Positions 1 through 10,532 are shown, counted from the first letter of the stretch. The stretch is 64,000 nucleotides of DNA from an uncultured Verrucomicrobiae bacterium (GCA_963832325.1 CAWHTR010000003.1:6546-70545); one strand, 5' to 3'. Made by a program: numbers and translations. Notes: generated by a model from the sequence alone, not told the origin.

Positions 1-55
1 CGGCAACCACAAACATGCGGTTGCGCAGGGAGAATTCGATCAGGCGATTGAGCAT
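1..55 (-). CDS. 5' end of a CusA/CzcA heavy-metal efflux RND transporter (continues beyond the window)
   Basis: The minus strand from ATG at 55 reads MLNRLIEFSLRNRMFVVA, a typical CzcA/CusA N-terminus, directly downstream of the membrane fusion protein gene. Confidence 0.8.
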   Translation of the reverse strand, partial: MLNRLIEFSLRNRMFVVA

Positions 56-67
56 TGGAATTGGGCC

Positions 68-1234
68 TTACTTGGACGTCGTTGCGACCGAGCGGGCGGA
101 AGTGGCGGCGCGCGGGCGGCGGCGCACTAGCAGCGCAACAAGATTGAGCGCCAGCAGACCGGCGACGGTCCAGCCCATCACCGCGAGCGGCCCGGTCCAG
201 GCTGGTTTCGACTCGGAATTCGCGGCTGATGCGCTGGCTTCGGCGTGACCGTCCGCGGCTTCGCCCTTAGCCGCCGACTTGCGGGTGGTGACGTATTGAA
301 GCTGGTAGTTGCCGAGCGTGACGACCTTGTCGCCGGGGAAGACGCCTTCGATGAGTTCGACGTAACGGTCGTCGGAAGTGCCGGTGACTACGGAACGGCG
401 CTCGTAAACGAGCCCGTCCTCGTCGTTCTCGACGAACACGAAAAGATTACCCGCATCGCCAAGCACCGCGCTGTGCGGCACGGCGGTCACCGAGTCGGCT
501 TCGGCAGTCACGATGTTCAATGTCGCGCGCATGTTCGGACGAAGACGGTTGCCGGGGTTTTTCACCCGCACCCACACCTTCAAGGTCCGCGTGTCGGGAT
601 CGAGTGAGCCGCTCACAACATCGACCGTGCCGGTGAAGGTCTCGTCAGGGAACGACTCGACCGCGACACGAACCGGTTGTCCCTTTTCCACCGCCGCGAT
701 CTGCCCCTCGAAGATCTGGCCCTCGGCGTAAACCTCGGAAAGATCGACGATCTCGAGCAGATGCATGTCGGGCTCGACGTTGGCGTTGAGCACGACGTGC
801 CGGTCGGTGACAATGCCGTCGATGGGAGCGTTGTAGGTCACTCGCGGCGGCGGATCCCCGACCTGGCGGCTCTCGACCTCGACGAGGGGTTCGCCCTTTT
901 TCACCGTATCGCCTTCGCTAGCTTTCAGCGCATAGACCCGCCCCGGGATGCGGCTGGTAACCGCGGCGGAGTTGGTCGGGATGGCTTCGATGCGACCAAT
1001 GGCCAGCAAGGTTGTCTCGAGTGTGCGGACCTCCGCGTCGGCGACCGTGACGCCGAGATTCGCCTTCGCTTCGGCGCTGATCGTGATGGGACCGGAGGTG
1101 GCGGCGTCACCGTCTTCGCCGGGCGCGTCGTCGTGCCCGGCGTGGGCGTGGATGGATTGCGGGGACGCGAGCAGGAGCAGCGCCGCGCCCGCGAGGAGCG
1201 AACGTCGAGTCAAACGGATGAGAGATGAATTCAT
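68..1234 (-). CDS. RND efflux periplasmic adaptor (CzcB/CusB-like)
   Basis: Signal peptide followed by HAHAGHD; adaptor motifs SRIPGRV..GDTVKKGEPL, APIDGIV, LDPDTRT and LRPNM; extra C-terminal hydrophobic helix. Confidence 0.9.
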   Translation of the reverse strand: MNSSLIRLTRRSLLAGAALLLLASPQSIHAHAGHDDAPGEDGDAATSGPITISAEAKANLGVTVADAEVRTLETTLLAIGRIEAIPTNSAAVTSRIPGRVYALKASEGDTVKKGEPLVEVESRQVGDPPPRVTYNAPIDGIVTDRHVVLNANVEPDMHLLEIVDLSEVYAEGQIFEGQIAAVEKGQPVRVAVESFPDETFTGTVDVVSGSLDPDTRTLKVWVRVKNPGNRLRPNMRATLNIVTAEADSVTAVPHSAVLGDAGNLFVFVENDEDGLVYERRSVVTGTSDDRYVELIEGVFPGDKVVTLGNYQLQYVTTRKSAAKGEAADGHAEASASAANSESKPAWTGPLAVMGWTVAGLLALNLVALLVRRRPRAATSARSVATTSK

Positions 1235-1240
1235 GGCGGG

Positions 1241-2566
1241 TTACTTTCGTTGGGCGGAACGATTGGAGTTTGAGGATGATTTTTCGGCCCGGACGCGACC
1301 GGTTGGCGTTTCGAGGTATTCTTTTTTCAAGAACGGTGAGGCACCGGCGGCGGTGTCCAAATCGACCATCGCCTGGACGTAGTCGTTGGTCGCATCGAGG
1401 TAAGAGGTGAGGAGGAGTGCCCGCTGCTGCTGGCTCTGGATGACCTGAGTCGCGTCCGACAGGCCGGCGGCGTAGCCATCCTTGAGAAGCTCGGTCGTTT
1501 TCGTGAGCGCGGGTAAAAGGTTGTCCCGATAGCTGTCCACCACCGAGCGGAGTTTGCGGCTGCGCACGATTCCGGTGGCGATCTCGGTGCGAATCTCCAA
1601 CCGGAGGGCGTCGACTTCGCCCATCGATTGATCAGAGGCAGCCTGCTGCTCCATCACGCGGCCCTGATTCCGATCCCAAAAAGGCAGCGGTATGGACACT
1701 TTGATGCCGAAAAAATTGTCTCGCTGGAGCCCATCGGGTTCGTCCACGGAATTATCCGACTCGAAATCCAACCCAACCGTCCAATCGCCCCACGCCTCCG
1801 CTCGCGCCAGTCGGATTTCGGCCTCGGCCCGATTGACGCCAAGTTCAGCCAGGCGAAGATCGGGCCGATTCGCGACGACCTTGTCGGAGTATTTTTCCGG
1901 ACTGAAGCGCTTGGCCAGCGCCATCACGTCACCCTCGAGCTTCACGGGCGCATCCGGCGGCAGGCCAAGCCGCTGCTTGAGCGACAGTTCACTGGCAGCG
2001 CGCCCCGCCTCCAGAACTTCAATCTCAAGTTCGAGGCGTTGCGCCTCCACGGAGGCCAGGCTCACGTCGGCCTGCGAAACCTCCGCCTTTTCAAGCCGCT
2101 TTTCGACGACCTGCACGAAATCTCGATTGATCTCGAGAAACTCCCGCCGGGTCGCAATTTGCTGATCTATCACCAAGGCGGAAAGAAAGTCGCGTTGGGT
2201 CTCGCCGATCAGAAGGCGCTCGCGGTTCCGAATCTCGGCAATGGCTTGAGCCACATCCACGAGTCCGACCTGCCGGGCGAATCGCAGACGCCCGGCGATC
2301 GGAAACGGCTGGGAAAAACCGATTGCGTTGAGACCCTCACCTTCGTTGTTGAACGTGCGGTCCGTTGTCCCCGCGATTTCCACCAGCGGGTTCGGCCAGA
2401 GCCCGGCTTGAAGGAGGCGCCCGCGGGCCTTGCCCACTTCGTAATAGGCCGCGCGAAGGTCGAGATTATTGCTCAACGCGGTCCTCACAGCGTCGTCCAA
2501 CGTGAGAGCGTGGGCGCGTGCGCCGATCAGCGCCACCGCGGTCAGAATGAAAAAAGAGGTCTTCAA
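1241..2566 (-). CDS. TolC-family outer membrane efflux protein (CzcC-like)
   Basis: ALSNNLDL, AGLWPNP, RPDLRLA and SIPLPFWDRNQG motifs. Probable start is TTG at 2566 (LKTSFFILTAVALIG signal peptide) rather than 2914. Confidence 0.88.
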   Translation of the reverse strand: MKTSFFILTAVALIGARAHALTLDDAVRTALSNNLDLRAAYYEVGKARGRLLQAGLWPNPLVEIAGTTDRTFNNEGEGLNAIGFSQPFPIAGRLRFARQVGLVDVAQAIAEIRNRERLLIGETQRDFLSALVIDQQIATRREFLEINRDFVQVVEKRLEKAEVSQADVSLASVEAQRLELEIEVLEAGRAASELSLKQRLGLPPDAPVKLEGDVMALAKRFSPEKYSDKVVANRPDLRLAELGVNRAEAEIRLARAEAWGDWTVGLDFESDNSVDEPDGLQRDNFFGIKVSIPLPFWDRNQGRVMEQQAASDQSMGEVDALRLEIRTEIATGIVRSRKLRSVVDSYRDNLLPALTKTTELLKDGYAAGLSDATQVIQSQQQRALLLTSYLDATNDYVQAMVDLDTAAGASPFLKKEYLETPTGRVRAEKSSSNSNRSAQRK

Positions 2567-2714
2567 ATTTGAATCAGAGAGTTGCGAGAAAATGGAATGA
2601 GACGGGGAACATGGTGAAGCGAAGGTCGCGTATCCGCGCGCAGGGCGTCTGTAATCCGCTGGACGGACGGCGAGAGCAGCGACTGGCCGATCATGGCGCA
2701 CACGAAAACAGCCG

Positions 2715-3170
2715 CTATCCGACCCTCGGCGGCGCGTGAGCACGAAGGCTCCGGCAAAGCACGGATTCGGCGAAGGAAGCCGCCCCCGGCGGACCGGACT
2801 CATCCGTGACAATCGGCAGCGCCGGGGCAAAGCGATACGAGATGGACGCCCAACCTTGATCACTCGTCCGCACTGACGCCGCTCGGTCGAACTGAATCGG
2901 AGAATCTCCCACATTCAACGCCGACGTCTGAAAAGAATCGCAACACGACGAACCGGATTGATGATCGTCGTGATTCTCCTCGTTCCGAGTGTCCCCGTGA
3001 TCATGCACCTCGGAATGCGAATGATCGGAATCTACCTGGGCATGCGAGCCCTTCGACAGCTTTCCAAAAACAGCCGCCGTCGCGCAAAAATTCACCGCCA
3101 ACAACCACGCGCCGATCACCAGAGCAGTGACTGCAATGCGCGGAAAATGGGATTTTTGCGGAAGATTCAT
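2715..3170 (-). CDS. His/Cys-rich exported protein upstream of the czcCBA-like operon (CzcI/DUF2946-like)
   Basis: N-terminal hydrophobic helix, a His-rich tract, a CC pair and C-terminal GPP...AHAPP. Confidence 0.7.
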   Translation of the reverse strand: MNLPQKSHFPRIAVTALVIGAWLLAVNFCATAAVFGKLSKGSHAQVDSDHSHSEVHDHGDTRNEENHDDHQSGSSCCDSFQTSALNVGDSPIQFDRAASVRTSDQGWASISYRFAPALPIVTDESGPPGAASFAESVLCRSLRAHAPPRVG

Positions 3171-3647
3171 GTGCTATCGAAACGCGGAAGACGACTCGAT
3201 GCGCCAGCCTCGTCGCCCTAGTTTCGGGCAACGCGAAATGGAATTTTCAGGGTTTCGGTGCATTTTTCGAAGGTGGCAGCGAATCGCGAGAGCATCGCTG
3301 AAGGGTGAAACGCGACTTCTCCAAAAATCCCTCACCAATTTTTGATTTATTTCCCGAGCCATTCGAATCACTGCGGGATACCCCTGAACCAGACCTCATT
3401 CTCGACCGCGATAATCCGATCAAATCGCAACGGCGGCGAACGGGTGACCGTCACGTCCAGGACGGCCCGTGAAGAAGAGAGTCTCCAATCGCTCACAAGG
3501 GTCGCGAGACCGCCGCTAAGACAACACGCCCTCCGCTCAAACCGGTCCACTCCTAGTATAATATGAACGGAAATCTGCCTCTGGGATAAACACAATGGCT
3601 GTCTCAAAATTAGACGGGAGCCGCATACAGTCTCCCCCGCGGCTCAT

Positions 3648-5249
3648 CTACACCCCACCGCATTTCTTCAACTTGCGGATCGCCAGCTCAAGCGCGTAGT
3701 TCTCAAGCCCCCGCATTCCCGTCACGCTCGTGGCTATTGAGTTTGCGACGTTCTCCCGCTCCGCATCATCGCATCTAATTTCAGCGTCTGCCTCAATCAC
3801 ACGCAATCGTTCGTCGATTTCGGCGGCTTCAGGCTGCCGGATCTCGATGATGCTACCGAGCCGGTTAACCAACTCGTCGGGCAACCATCCGACGGACACA
3901 ATCTTGTCGAATGTGAGTGGTTCGAGAGAGCTGATTTCTTCTTCTACGAGAACTTTCTCGCGCCCCAACTCGGCGCGATAGATGTCTTGGAAAGCGCCAG
4001 CAGCAACGAAATGAGACTTCTTTAGAGCTGAAATCTCTTGGTCGCTCCAATTCGGCCAAGCATCCACACGTCCATCCAGCAGAGCCATGATCTCATCCCA
4101 AACAAATGCCAGATAGTTAGCGTTGTCGGAGCGATCTGCATGCAGCTTGTCCACCTCATCGATCATGATCAGCGAGGTGCCATTCGTAGATAGATGGCGA
4201 CGAAGTGATTCACAGGTCGGGAGGTCGGATCTTCCGCCACTGATCAACCAGCTACCGACCGTTGCGGTAAAAAATGGCAGGGAAGCCATTTTCGCAATCG
4301 TTCCGCAGACCCAAGTTTTTCCGCTTCCACTCATTCCGACGAGAAGTGAATTTGTCCGGGGGGTGATCCCACCGAACTTAAAGTCGGCACGCTTGACGCG
4401 AATGAGTTCTCCCACTTTTCGCATGGCCTGTTTTTGCGAACGGGTCCCGCCCATGAAAAGCGACTTGGGATCATGACACGGCTCGGGCGCTTGAATTTCC
4501 GGATTGAGCACGGTGGAATCCACATACGCCCCCTTCCCCGCCCACGTCCGCCAATCGAGGAAGTGGCCATACGTCGGACTCTCACCTGAAGCCGTCGCGA
4601 TCCAATAAAGCATCAGAGGGAGGTCAATTCCAAATGCCGCAAGGTCAGCAGTCACGCGAAGTATCTCGCCGCGCTCTCTCAGTGATGCCGCAGCCCGCGC
4701 GATACATTCAAGGGCCGGAACAATCTCACCGTTCGGAAGATAGCGGCATGCATCGAGAGCATGGCAACGCAATCCGCTGCTTGTCCATGCCTCGAGATCC
4801 GCGTTGGAGATCAACTCTCGAGAGGGCGGCGTAGCTCGATTCCTCTCGAGAAAAAATTCCAGCGATCGCCCCCATGTCCCAATAGAGATGATGAAGTCAT
4901 TGGCGAATTGTTGATTGAGATTGATCAGTCGGAGCCAAGGGAATTTTCGAACATTCTTCATGGCTCGAAGATACTGAGAGCGCTCGCCAGAATATTTTCG
5001 AGTGTGATCTCCAGGGTGTTTGGCTGGAAAGATCAGCAGACTGGAGAGGTGCGCCTTGCCGTGGCCGAAATTCTGTTCGAGGTGGTTGCCGCAGTTTTTG
5101 AGAACATTGTTGTTTTCGTTCTCGATTTTTCCAGCGCAAGCGTGCAGCGGTGACCAGTCACGCAGACGTTCTGCGCCGAGATCGCCCAGTCCGTGGCGGA
5201 GCTGCTTCCAGATACGCTTAGTCACTCTCATGGCCCGCTCCCGGATCAT
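3648..5249 (-). CDS. AAA+ ATPase (ClpX/HslU-like motifs) with an unknown N-terminal region; start uncertain
   Basis: Walker A GMSGSGKT, Walker B IMIDEVDKL, AGAF and PDELVNRL motifs. Confidence 0.75.
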   Translation of the reverse strand: MIRERAMRVTKRIWKQLRHGLGDLGAERLRDWSPLHACAGKIENENNNVLKNCGNHLEQNFGHGKAHLSSLLIFPAKHPGDHTRKYSGERSQYLRAMKNVRKFPWLRLINLNQQFANDFIISIGTWGRSLEFFLERNRATPPSRELISNADLEAWTSSGLRCHALDACRYLPNGEIVPALECIARAAASLRERGEILRVTADLAAFGIDLPLMLYWIATASGESPTYGHFLDWRTWAGKGAYVDSTVLNPEIQAPEPCHDPKSLFMGGTRSQKQAMRKVGELIRVKRADFKFGGITPRTNSLLVGMSGSGKTWVCGTIAKMASLPFFTATVGSWLISGGRSDLPTCESLRRHLSTNGTSLIMIDEVDKLHADRSDNANYLAFVWDEIMALLDGRVDAWPNWSDQEISALKKSHFVAAGAFQDIYRAELGREKVLVEEEISSLEPLTFDKIVSVGWLPDELVNRLGSIIEIRQPEAAEIDERLRVIEADAEIRCDDAERENVANSIATSVTGMRGLENYALELAIRKLKKCGGV

Positions 5250-5874
5250 GATATGGATACAGGCCGACGAAATACTTAAAATGGAAATCCGTCGTCAAAA
5301 CAACAAACTTAGCCGCTCCACCCGAAAAATTCCTAATCAGGTTCGCCAAGACGCTATCCTTGCCGGCACCACTTCGATGTGTTCCTGTCCTCCCGGCGCA
5401 TTCCTGGATCTTCACCTCTCGCTCAACACTTCCAGACGTGTCAACAACGACTCCACGGTCGATTTTGGGGGCTGCAATTACTAGATTTCACCCACAAAAC
5501 CAGCCCATCTCAATCGTGCGTCATCCCAACTCCAAATTCTGGGTTCTCGAGCTGCCTTCAAAAGACGTTTGGCCCTCTGTCCTTGGTGCTTTCGGCCTTC
5601 AATCTCATGTCCCCTTTCCCTACGGCAAGCCCCACCTTTTGCTCCGTCGCCGACAGTCGCCTCGGGAACTCTTGCCTGTCGGGAACTCTTGCCTTGTCGC
5701 CCACTTTGGTTTATCGATCATGGCTAGCGATGTGAGGTGACCGCGCGGGGATTTGAATTGGCGAAGAGGCGAATGCCGATCTAAGCGTGTGCAGCGCGAG
5801 AGCCTACCGAGATTGCCAATCGGCAGCAGGCACCGAAAATTCGTTTTTAGGCGGCGCAAGATCTAAAACGACGA

Positions 5875-7005
5875 CTACTCAGATATCGAAACGGATTTGT
5901 CCGATTTCGCGGGGGGAAGTCCTTGAGCTTGCCGCAAAGCCCTGATGACAACTCTGACGGCTACCTTGCCAGCATTTGCGTCAACGAAAGACACTCGTTG
6001 CGTTCCGACTTTCGAGGGGCGACCAACGATCATGTTGCGCGAGAGTTTGTAGTGCAGACCACGAGGGAGCTTTCCGCGCATTTTTGCGTTAGGTTCCATA
6101 CCCCTGACTCGGAATTTGACTCTCTTTCCAACAGTCCCGCGAAGCTTCTGACGAGTCAGCCCTCCATCTGGGTAAACGGTAAAGAATGTCGTGGTTGCGT
6201 ATACGGGCGTTGTTCCGGCTTGAAGTCGAAGCATCAATGGCACGCCAACCTTTGCTGCGAATACCTCCTGTGCTTCAGACTCCGCCGTGTAAACGGATAT
6301 CGTGTCTCCCTTGTCACCGCGATCTACAAACCGAAAATCGAATCCGCCGGAGTTCTCCGCAAATGAGAACCAGGTTTGCCACGACACACCTTGGTCCGAA
6401 GAAATCGACAGACCGATGTATCCTCGCTTTGCGACCCGGGTAAGCCAATATGACTCGGTCAACCACGCTTGGTCGCCGAAACCGGTCGTCTGCCAGCCCA
6501 AGCGAAATTTTTGCCCGAAGCGATAAGTCTGAGTCGGCTGAGACGTCATTGTTATCGCTGGTTCCTTGATTCTAAACGCGTCCGAAAAACTGCCGGATAC
6601 ATAAAAACGCGAGTTTCCGCTCGGTTCAAAGCCCCAAGCCAGCCGAGTTGTGTTGCCTGCGTCATAAATATCGAAACTGCATCCTTCGTATCCGTGATTT
6701 CTCACGAAGAAAGAGGCGGACCGTGCTGAAGCGGGAAATGTCCCCAATGGTGAATCAACCGACTTGGTTGTCACGTCGGCATTGTAAAACACTGTCAGAT
6801 TACCTGTTTGGTTGGTCTCCCAGGTCACAGTGATTAGACCGTTTTGCACAAACTCTTGTCCTGTCGTTGGCCCGGTCACCTCAAACACCGCAAATGTCGG
6901 TTCGGATGATGCTGCAATCGCACAGATTCCAAGGAAAATTTGCATGCAAGTCGTAAAACGACACCGCGTTTGGACGTTACCCGCCGCGTGGCTCATACAT
7001 GACAA
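5875..7005 (-). CDS. Secreted beta-rich protein with a basic C-terminal Ig-like (He_PIG-like) domain
   Basis: Signal-like stretch (MQIFLGICAIAASS), Ig-like ITVTW and LGW segments, and LPRGL....MIVGRP.KVG. Confidence 0.6.
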   Translation of the reverse strand: MSCMSHAAGNVQTRCRFTTCMQIFLGICAIAASSEPTFAVFEVTGPTTGQEFVQNGLITVTWETNQTGNLTVFYNADVTTKSVDSPLGTFPASARSASFFVRNHGYEGCSFDIYDAGNTTRLAWGFEPSGNSRFYVSGSFSDAFRIKEPAITMTSQPTQTYRFGQKFRLGWQTTGFGDQAWLTESYWLTRVAKRGYIGLSISSDQGVSWQTWFSFAENSGGFDFRFVDRGDKGDTISVYTAESEAQEVFAAKVGVPLMLRLQAGTTPVYATTTFFTVYPDGGLTRQKLRGTVGKRVKFRVRGMEPNAKMRGKLPRGLHYKLSRNMIVGRPSKVGTQRVSFVDANAGKVAVRVVIRALRQAQGLPPAKSDKSVSISE

Positions 7006-7075
7006 GGAGGTCGGCGTTTAATTCCGAGAAAAGTATTCGTGCATTGCCGAGGCTAAAAAGCGATCAATTCGTCCG

Positions 7076-7375
7076 TTATTGTGCTGCTGACCTATCCTTC
7101 AAAAAGAGCACAGCGATTCCACCGACCCCGCAAAGCAGGCCGGTTAGGCCCCAAAACCACGGGTGACCTTTAGCTTTGGCCCAAAAGCAGAGCCCGCCGA
7201 TAAACGATATGGCTCCAGCGATAATCCCAACGATCAAAAAAACCGCGAGGATTGCGTTTGGCTCTTGATTTTCGCCGATTGCGCCAGCCGCAAACTGACA
7301 TCCAAAAAGTAGGACTACACCGAGTGCGGTGAGGTTTTTAGCAGTATTTTTTGACATAATTATTCGATTTCCCAC
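7076..7375 (-). CDS. Small membrane protein
   Basis: Three hydrophobic helices, AKAKGH.W.WGL and a terminal LKD; overlaps the upstream ORF. Confidence 0.65.
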   Translation of the reverse strand: MGNRIIMSKNTAKNLTALGVVLLFGCQFAAGAIGENQEPNAILAVFLIVGIIAGAISFIGGLCFWAKAKGHPWFWGLTGLLCGVGGIAVLFLKDRSAAQ

Positions 7376-7716
7376 ACAACGGAGCCACGATCTGTGAAGA
7401 CAGAAAGTTCCACGGCGCGCGCTCTGAAGTTTCCCAGCGCGACTGATTCACCCTGTTCAATCGTGATCGGCAGCGGTCCGTTTGTAGTCTTGGTGACTTC
7501 AACGTCACTGTTTATGACGATTCGCTCCACCGTGACCGGTTCCCGGCCATGGTTCCGGATTTCGAACATGACGGGTGCGCCGAGGAACGTCATGAACTCG
7601 ATTTCAAGGTCTGGGTCTGATCCAACGCAGCCACTGAATGCGGACGTGAGCGCTACCAACACGATAAGACACGCTTTGAGCGGAGAGAACGGGATGAGGA
7701 GGTTGATTTGATGCAT
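7360..7716 (-). CDS. Putative lipoprotein
   Basis: Hydrophobic stretch ending in lipobox-like FSGC, then a short beta-rich domain. Confidence 0.55.
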   Translation of the reverse strand: MHQINLLIPFSPLKACLIVLVALTSAFSGCVGSDPDLEIEFMTFLGAPVMFEIRNHGREPVTVERIVINSDVEVTKTTNGPLPITIEQGESVALGNFRARAVELSVFTDRGSVVWEIE

Positions 7717-7854
7717 CAGTCGGTAAGAAGCAGTTCATGCTGCGCTGATGTCGTCTCATGGCTGGCGCGGCGGCGGCGAATATCCGCTATTGCGGATGGG
7801 AGTGTCAAGCAGTTTGTTCGCCATAGCGGACGACGCGGGCGGCAGGTTTAGGCT

Positions 7855-8085
7855 ATGGCACAAATCCCTCCTTCGTTTCTTGATGTTGCGCTTGCGAGAT
7901 ACCTTCGTAAATTGATGCAGGACAACTCGTGGAGTTACACCCAGCTTTCCGCCGCTACCGGGGTCAAACGGTCGATGTTGCATAACCTGATTCAAGGTCA
8001 CCGCGGAGCTTCGTTAGCTCTAGTGTCGAGAATTTGCAAAAACATGAATGTTGGAATTGAGGATGTATTTTCCCGTTTGAACTGA
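7855..8085 (+). CDS. XRE-family HTH regulator
   Basis: SYTQLSAATGVKRSMLHNLIQG..ASL..VSRIC pattern. Confidence 0.8.
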   Translation: MAQIPPSFLDVALARYLRKLMQDNSWSYTQLSAATGVKRSMLHNLIQGHRGASLALVSRICKNMNVGIEDVFSRLN

Positions 8086-8252
8086 AGAGTGCTTTAAAAA
8101 ACCAAAAAATCTTGAAAAAGGTTTAAAATACGTAAGGTATGAGAACCTACACGGGCAAGGCGGTGCGAATGGGGCGTCGCGCCAAGTTCGCGGGGAGCGG
8201 ACCAGTGTTGTTCTCGTTGGAGTGTATCCAAACACATCCAGCAAACCCACAC

Positions 8253-9080
8253 ATGACCCACCAAATTGATCCTGAACTTCTGAATAACGCTTTACAACTT
8301 CTCACCGACGAGGGCTCCCCGGGCTTTTCCGAGGGCCTGCGCCTGCTCGTCAAAAAAGCCATGGTCTAGCAGCCTGTCGGACTTAGGCGATTTCGGGCCA
8401 AAACGAACGAAATCGGTCGTTTTCGCCCGCCGCCGGATGTCTCAGAGAAAATCAAAATGCCATATACGCCATTCTGGAGCGTCGGCTTTTCTAAGTCCGA
8501 CAGACTCCTAGGAAACTCTCGGCAGTGCTCCAAGTCCGCCCTTATGAGCGTTGCAAGGCCCGCCTGGGCCGCTCCAACGGCTTCAAACTCAAAGGGCTAA
8601 CCACCCGTTTGGGACCGGTCGAGTTTCGCGTTCCACAGGTTCGCGACGGCGTGGATTTTTACCGCAGCGCCTTGGAGAAAGGTGACTGTAGCGAGCAGGC
8701 GCTCCTTCTGACTCTGGCCGAGATGTATGTCCAAGGCGGGTCCACTCGCAAAGTCACCAAGATCGTCGAAGAACTCTGAGGACACTCCGTGAGTTCGAGT
8801 CAAGTGAGCACCTCCGTCGCGAAACTTGACGATGGACTCCACGCCTACCCCCACCTCATCCTCGATGCTTGTGCTACGAAAAGGTCCGCCAAGGTGGCCA
8901 ACTCCCAGACTGCGCCGTCCTGATCGCCATCGGCATCGACCCCTCCGGCAAGCGTTCCGTGCTCGGCGTCAGTGTTGCCCTAAATGAAGCCGAGGTCCGT
9001 TGGCGCTCCTTCCTGTCCTACCTGCAATCCCGTGGCCTCGACAGGCTGACCTTCATCGTCAGCAACGCCCAACGCCGGTC
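8253..9080 (+). pseudogene. IS256-family transposase relic (stops, deletions, MITE insertion)
   Basis: PYER, NGF, TTRLG..EFRVPQVR, AEMYVQG.STRKV, EKVR..G..AVLIAIGID..GKRSVLG and RGL motifs spread over broken frames. Confidence 0.88.
8370..8507. mobile_element. 138-bp MITE with IS1182-like ends
   Basis: CTAG at 8366-8369 and 8508-8511 flanks inverted ends CAGCCTGTCGGACTTA / TAAGTCCGACAGACTC. The left end matches the IS at 32625. Confidence 0.88.
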
Positions 9081-9114
9081 TGGGTCTTCCGTCACGGGAT
9101 GTTACATGGAGAGC

Positions 9115-9738
9115 CTATGCCATGATAGCTTCCTCCAAGGTGCCATCTAAAAACTGGATGTATCGCGCCGTGTTGTTTAAATTCTCATGCCCAAGAATCT
9201 CCCTCATCCTAAACATATCGCCATTCACAAATCCGCCACTCCAGATGCGCGAGGCGAATGTCTTTCTCATACTATGAGTCCCTTGAGGCTGTAAACCCGC
9301 ACGTGTATATGCAGCGCGAATTATCCGATCTGCACTCTGTCGTGCCATCGCCCGATCTCCACCCTTTTGCCCCGCGAAAAGATAAGCATTTTGAAATTGA
9401 CTATGATAGAGGCGAGCGGACCGAATCCACATTTGAAGTGCTTCTCGGGCTTCGGAATGTAGCGGTAGTGTTCGAGACCGCTTTTTACCCTTCATATACT
9501 GACGCTTTACCCGAACCGTCTGCCGAACTTGATCAACACCTTGGTCCCAAACGTCAGATACAGTCAGCGACAATAGTTCGGATATTCGAAACCCCGTTCG
9601 CGACCCGAGGACAAATAGTGCCCTGTCCCTACATACATATCGCCCCTCGAATGACGCCAGCGTAGCTTTGTATTCGTCGTCTGACAATGCGGAGCAACCG
9701 GACGTTAGCATAACGGAAGATACCGACCACGATTCCAC
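9115..9738 (-). CDS. Small tyrosine recombinase (essentially the catalytic domain only)
   Basis: RDRALF..G.RTGFRISELL, K, HSMRKTFA and LGH..LNNTARY cover the R-K-H-R-H-Y residues. Confidence 0.92.
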   Translation of the reverse strand: MESWSVSSVMLTSGCSALSDDEYKATLASFEGRYVCRDRALFVLGSRTGFRISELLSLTVSDVWDQGVDQVRQTVRVKRQYMKGKKRSRTLPLHSEAREALQMWIRSARLYHSQFQNAYLFAGQKGGDRAMARQSADRIIRAAYTRAGLQPQGTHSMRKTFASRIWSGGFVNGDMFRMREILGHENLNNTARYIQFLDGTLEEAIMA

Positions 9739-10532
9739 CCGAGTCTGAACCGAAGCTCTTTACAGATGAACTCACGAAAGCCCTCTCCAGATGACGCGCA
9801 TCCTATCGAACCGCCCGGCCGTCCGCTGAAATGTTCCGAACTATCGAAAGCGCAGATTTCCGGTTCTTCCGGGATCAGTGTGGATCATTGGATGTGAAAC
9901 GATTGCCAGGCGCTCGAACAGCTCTGTGAATCGTCTTTCCTTGGCCGCCCATGGCACCCCAACTCCAATGATCCTTCCGTCGCTCAACTTCACCCGTGGT
10001 CTCGACCGACGAGACCGGTGGCAAACTGGCAGCTATCGAGATGCATCCAGCGCATCGGCTTCGTCTGATCATCAAATTACTCCGATGTTCGCTCCCTTGA
10101 GCTTTCACTCCCATCTACGCTCGCTATTAACGCGGACCTCTACGGTCATCTTCTGCAAGTCGACTTTCAAACTCTCAGCCTTCGACCGTGGCACAAGACC
10201 CATGATGATCTCGTAGAGATGTCAGACCTTCGCCCACGCCTCAACAAAATCCTTTCTGATCTCACTACCCAATTCTCCCTCAGCCGTTCCAAGTTTTCAA
10301 ACTGCCTCAAGACTGCCACCTGGATCATCGCTTCAATTTCAGGATGACCGTTAAATCTTCAGGCGTCACCGTGCCCTTCAACTTCAAACTTCAGGTGGTC
10401 GAAGCGGGACCAATAGATCAAAACGTTACAATAACCTTGTATTCAGATACTTAAGCTTAACCGCGAATAAGTCAGACTTTTCACTCGCCTAACAACCTCG
10501 TGACAGGCGTCATGCACACCCCCTGAATTTTT

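Noticed and set aside
5663-5698. 17-bp tandem duplication CGGGAACTCTTGCCTGT
   Set aside because: Only two copies, and removing one does not restore a long ORF; likely slippage in decayed DNA.
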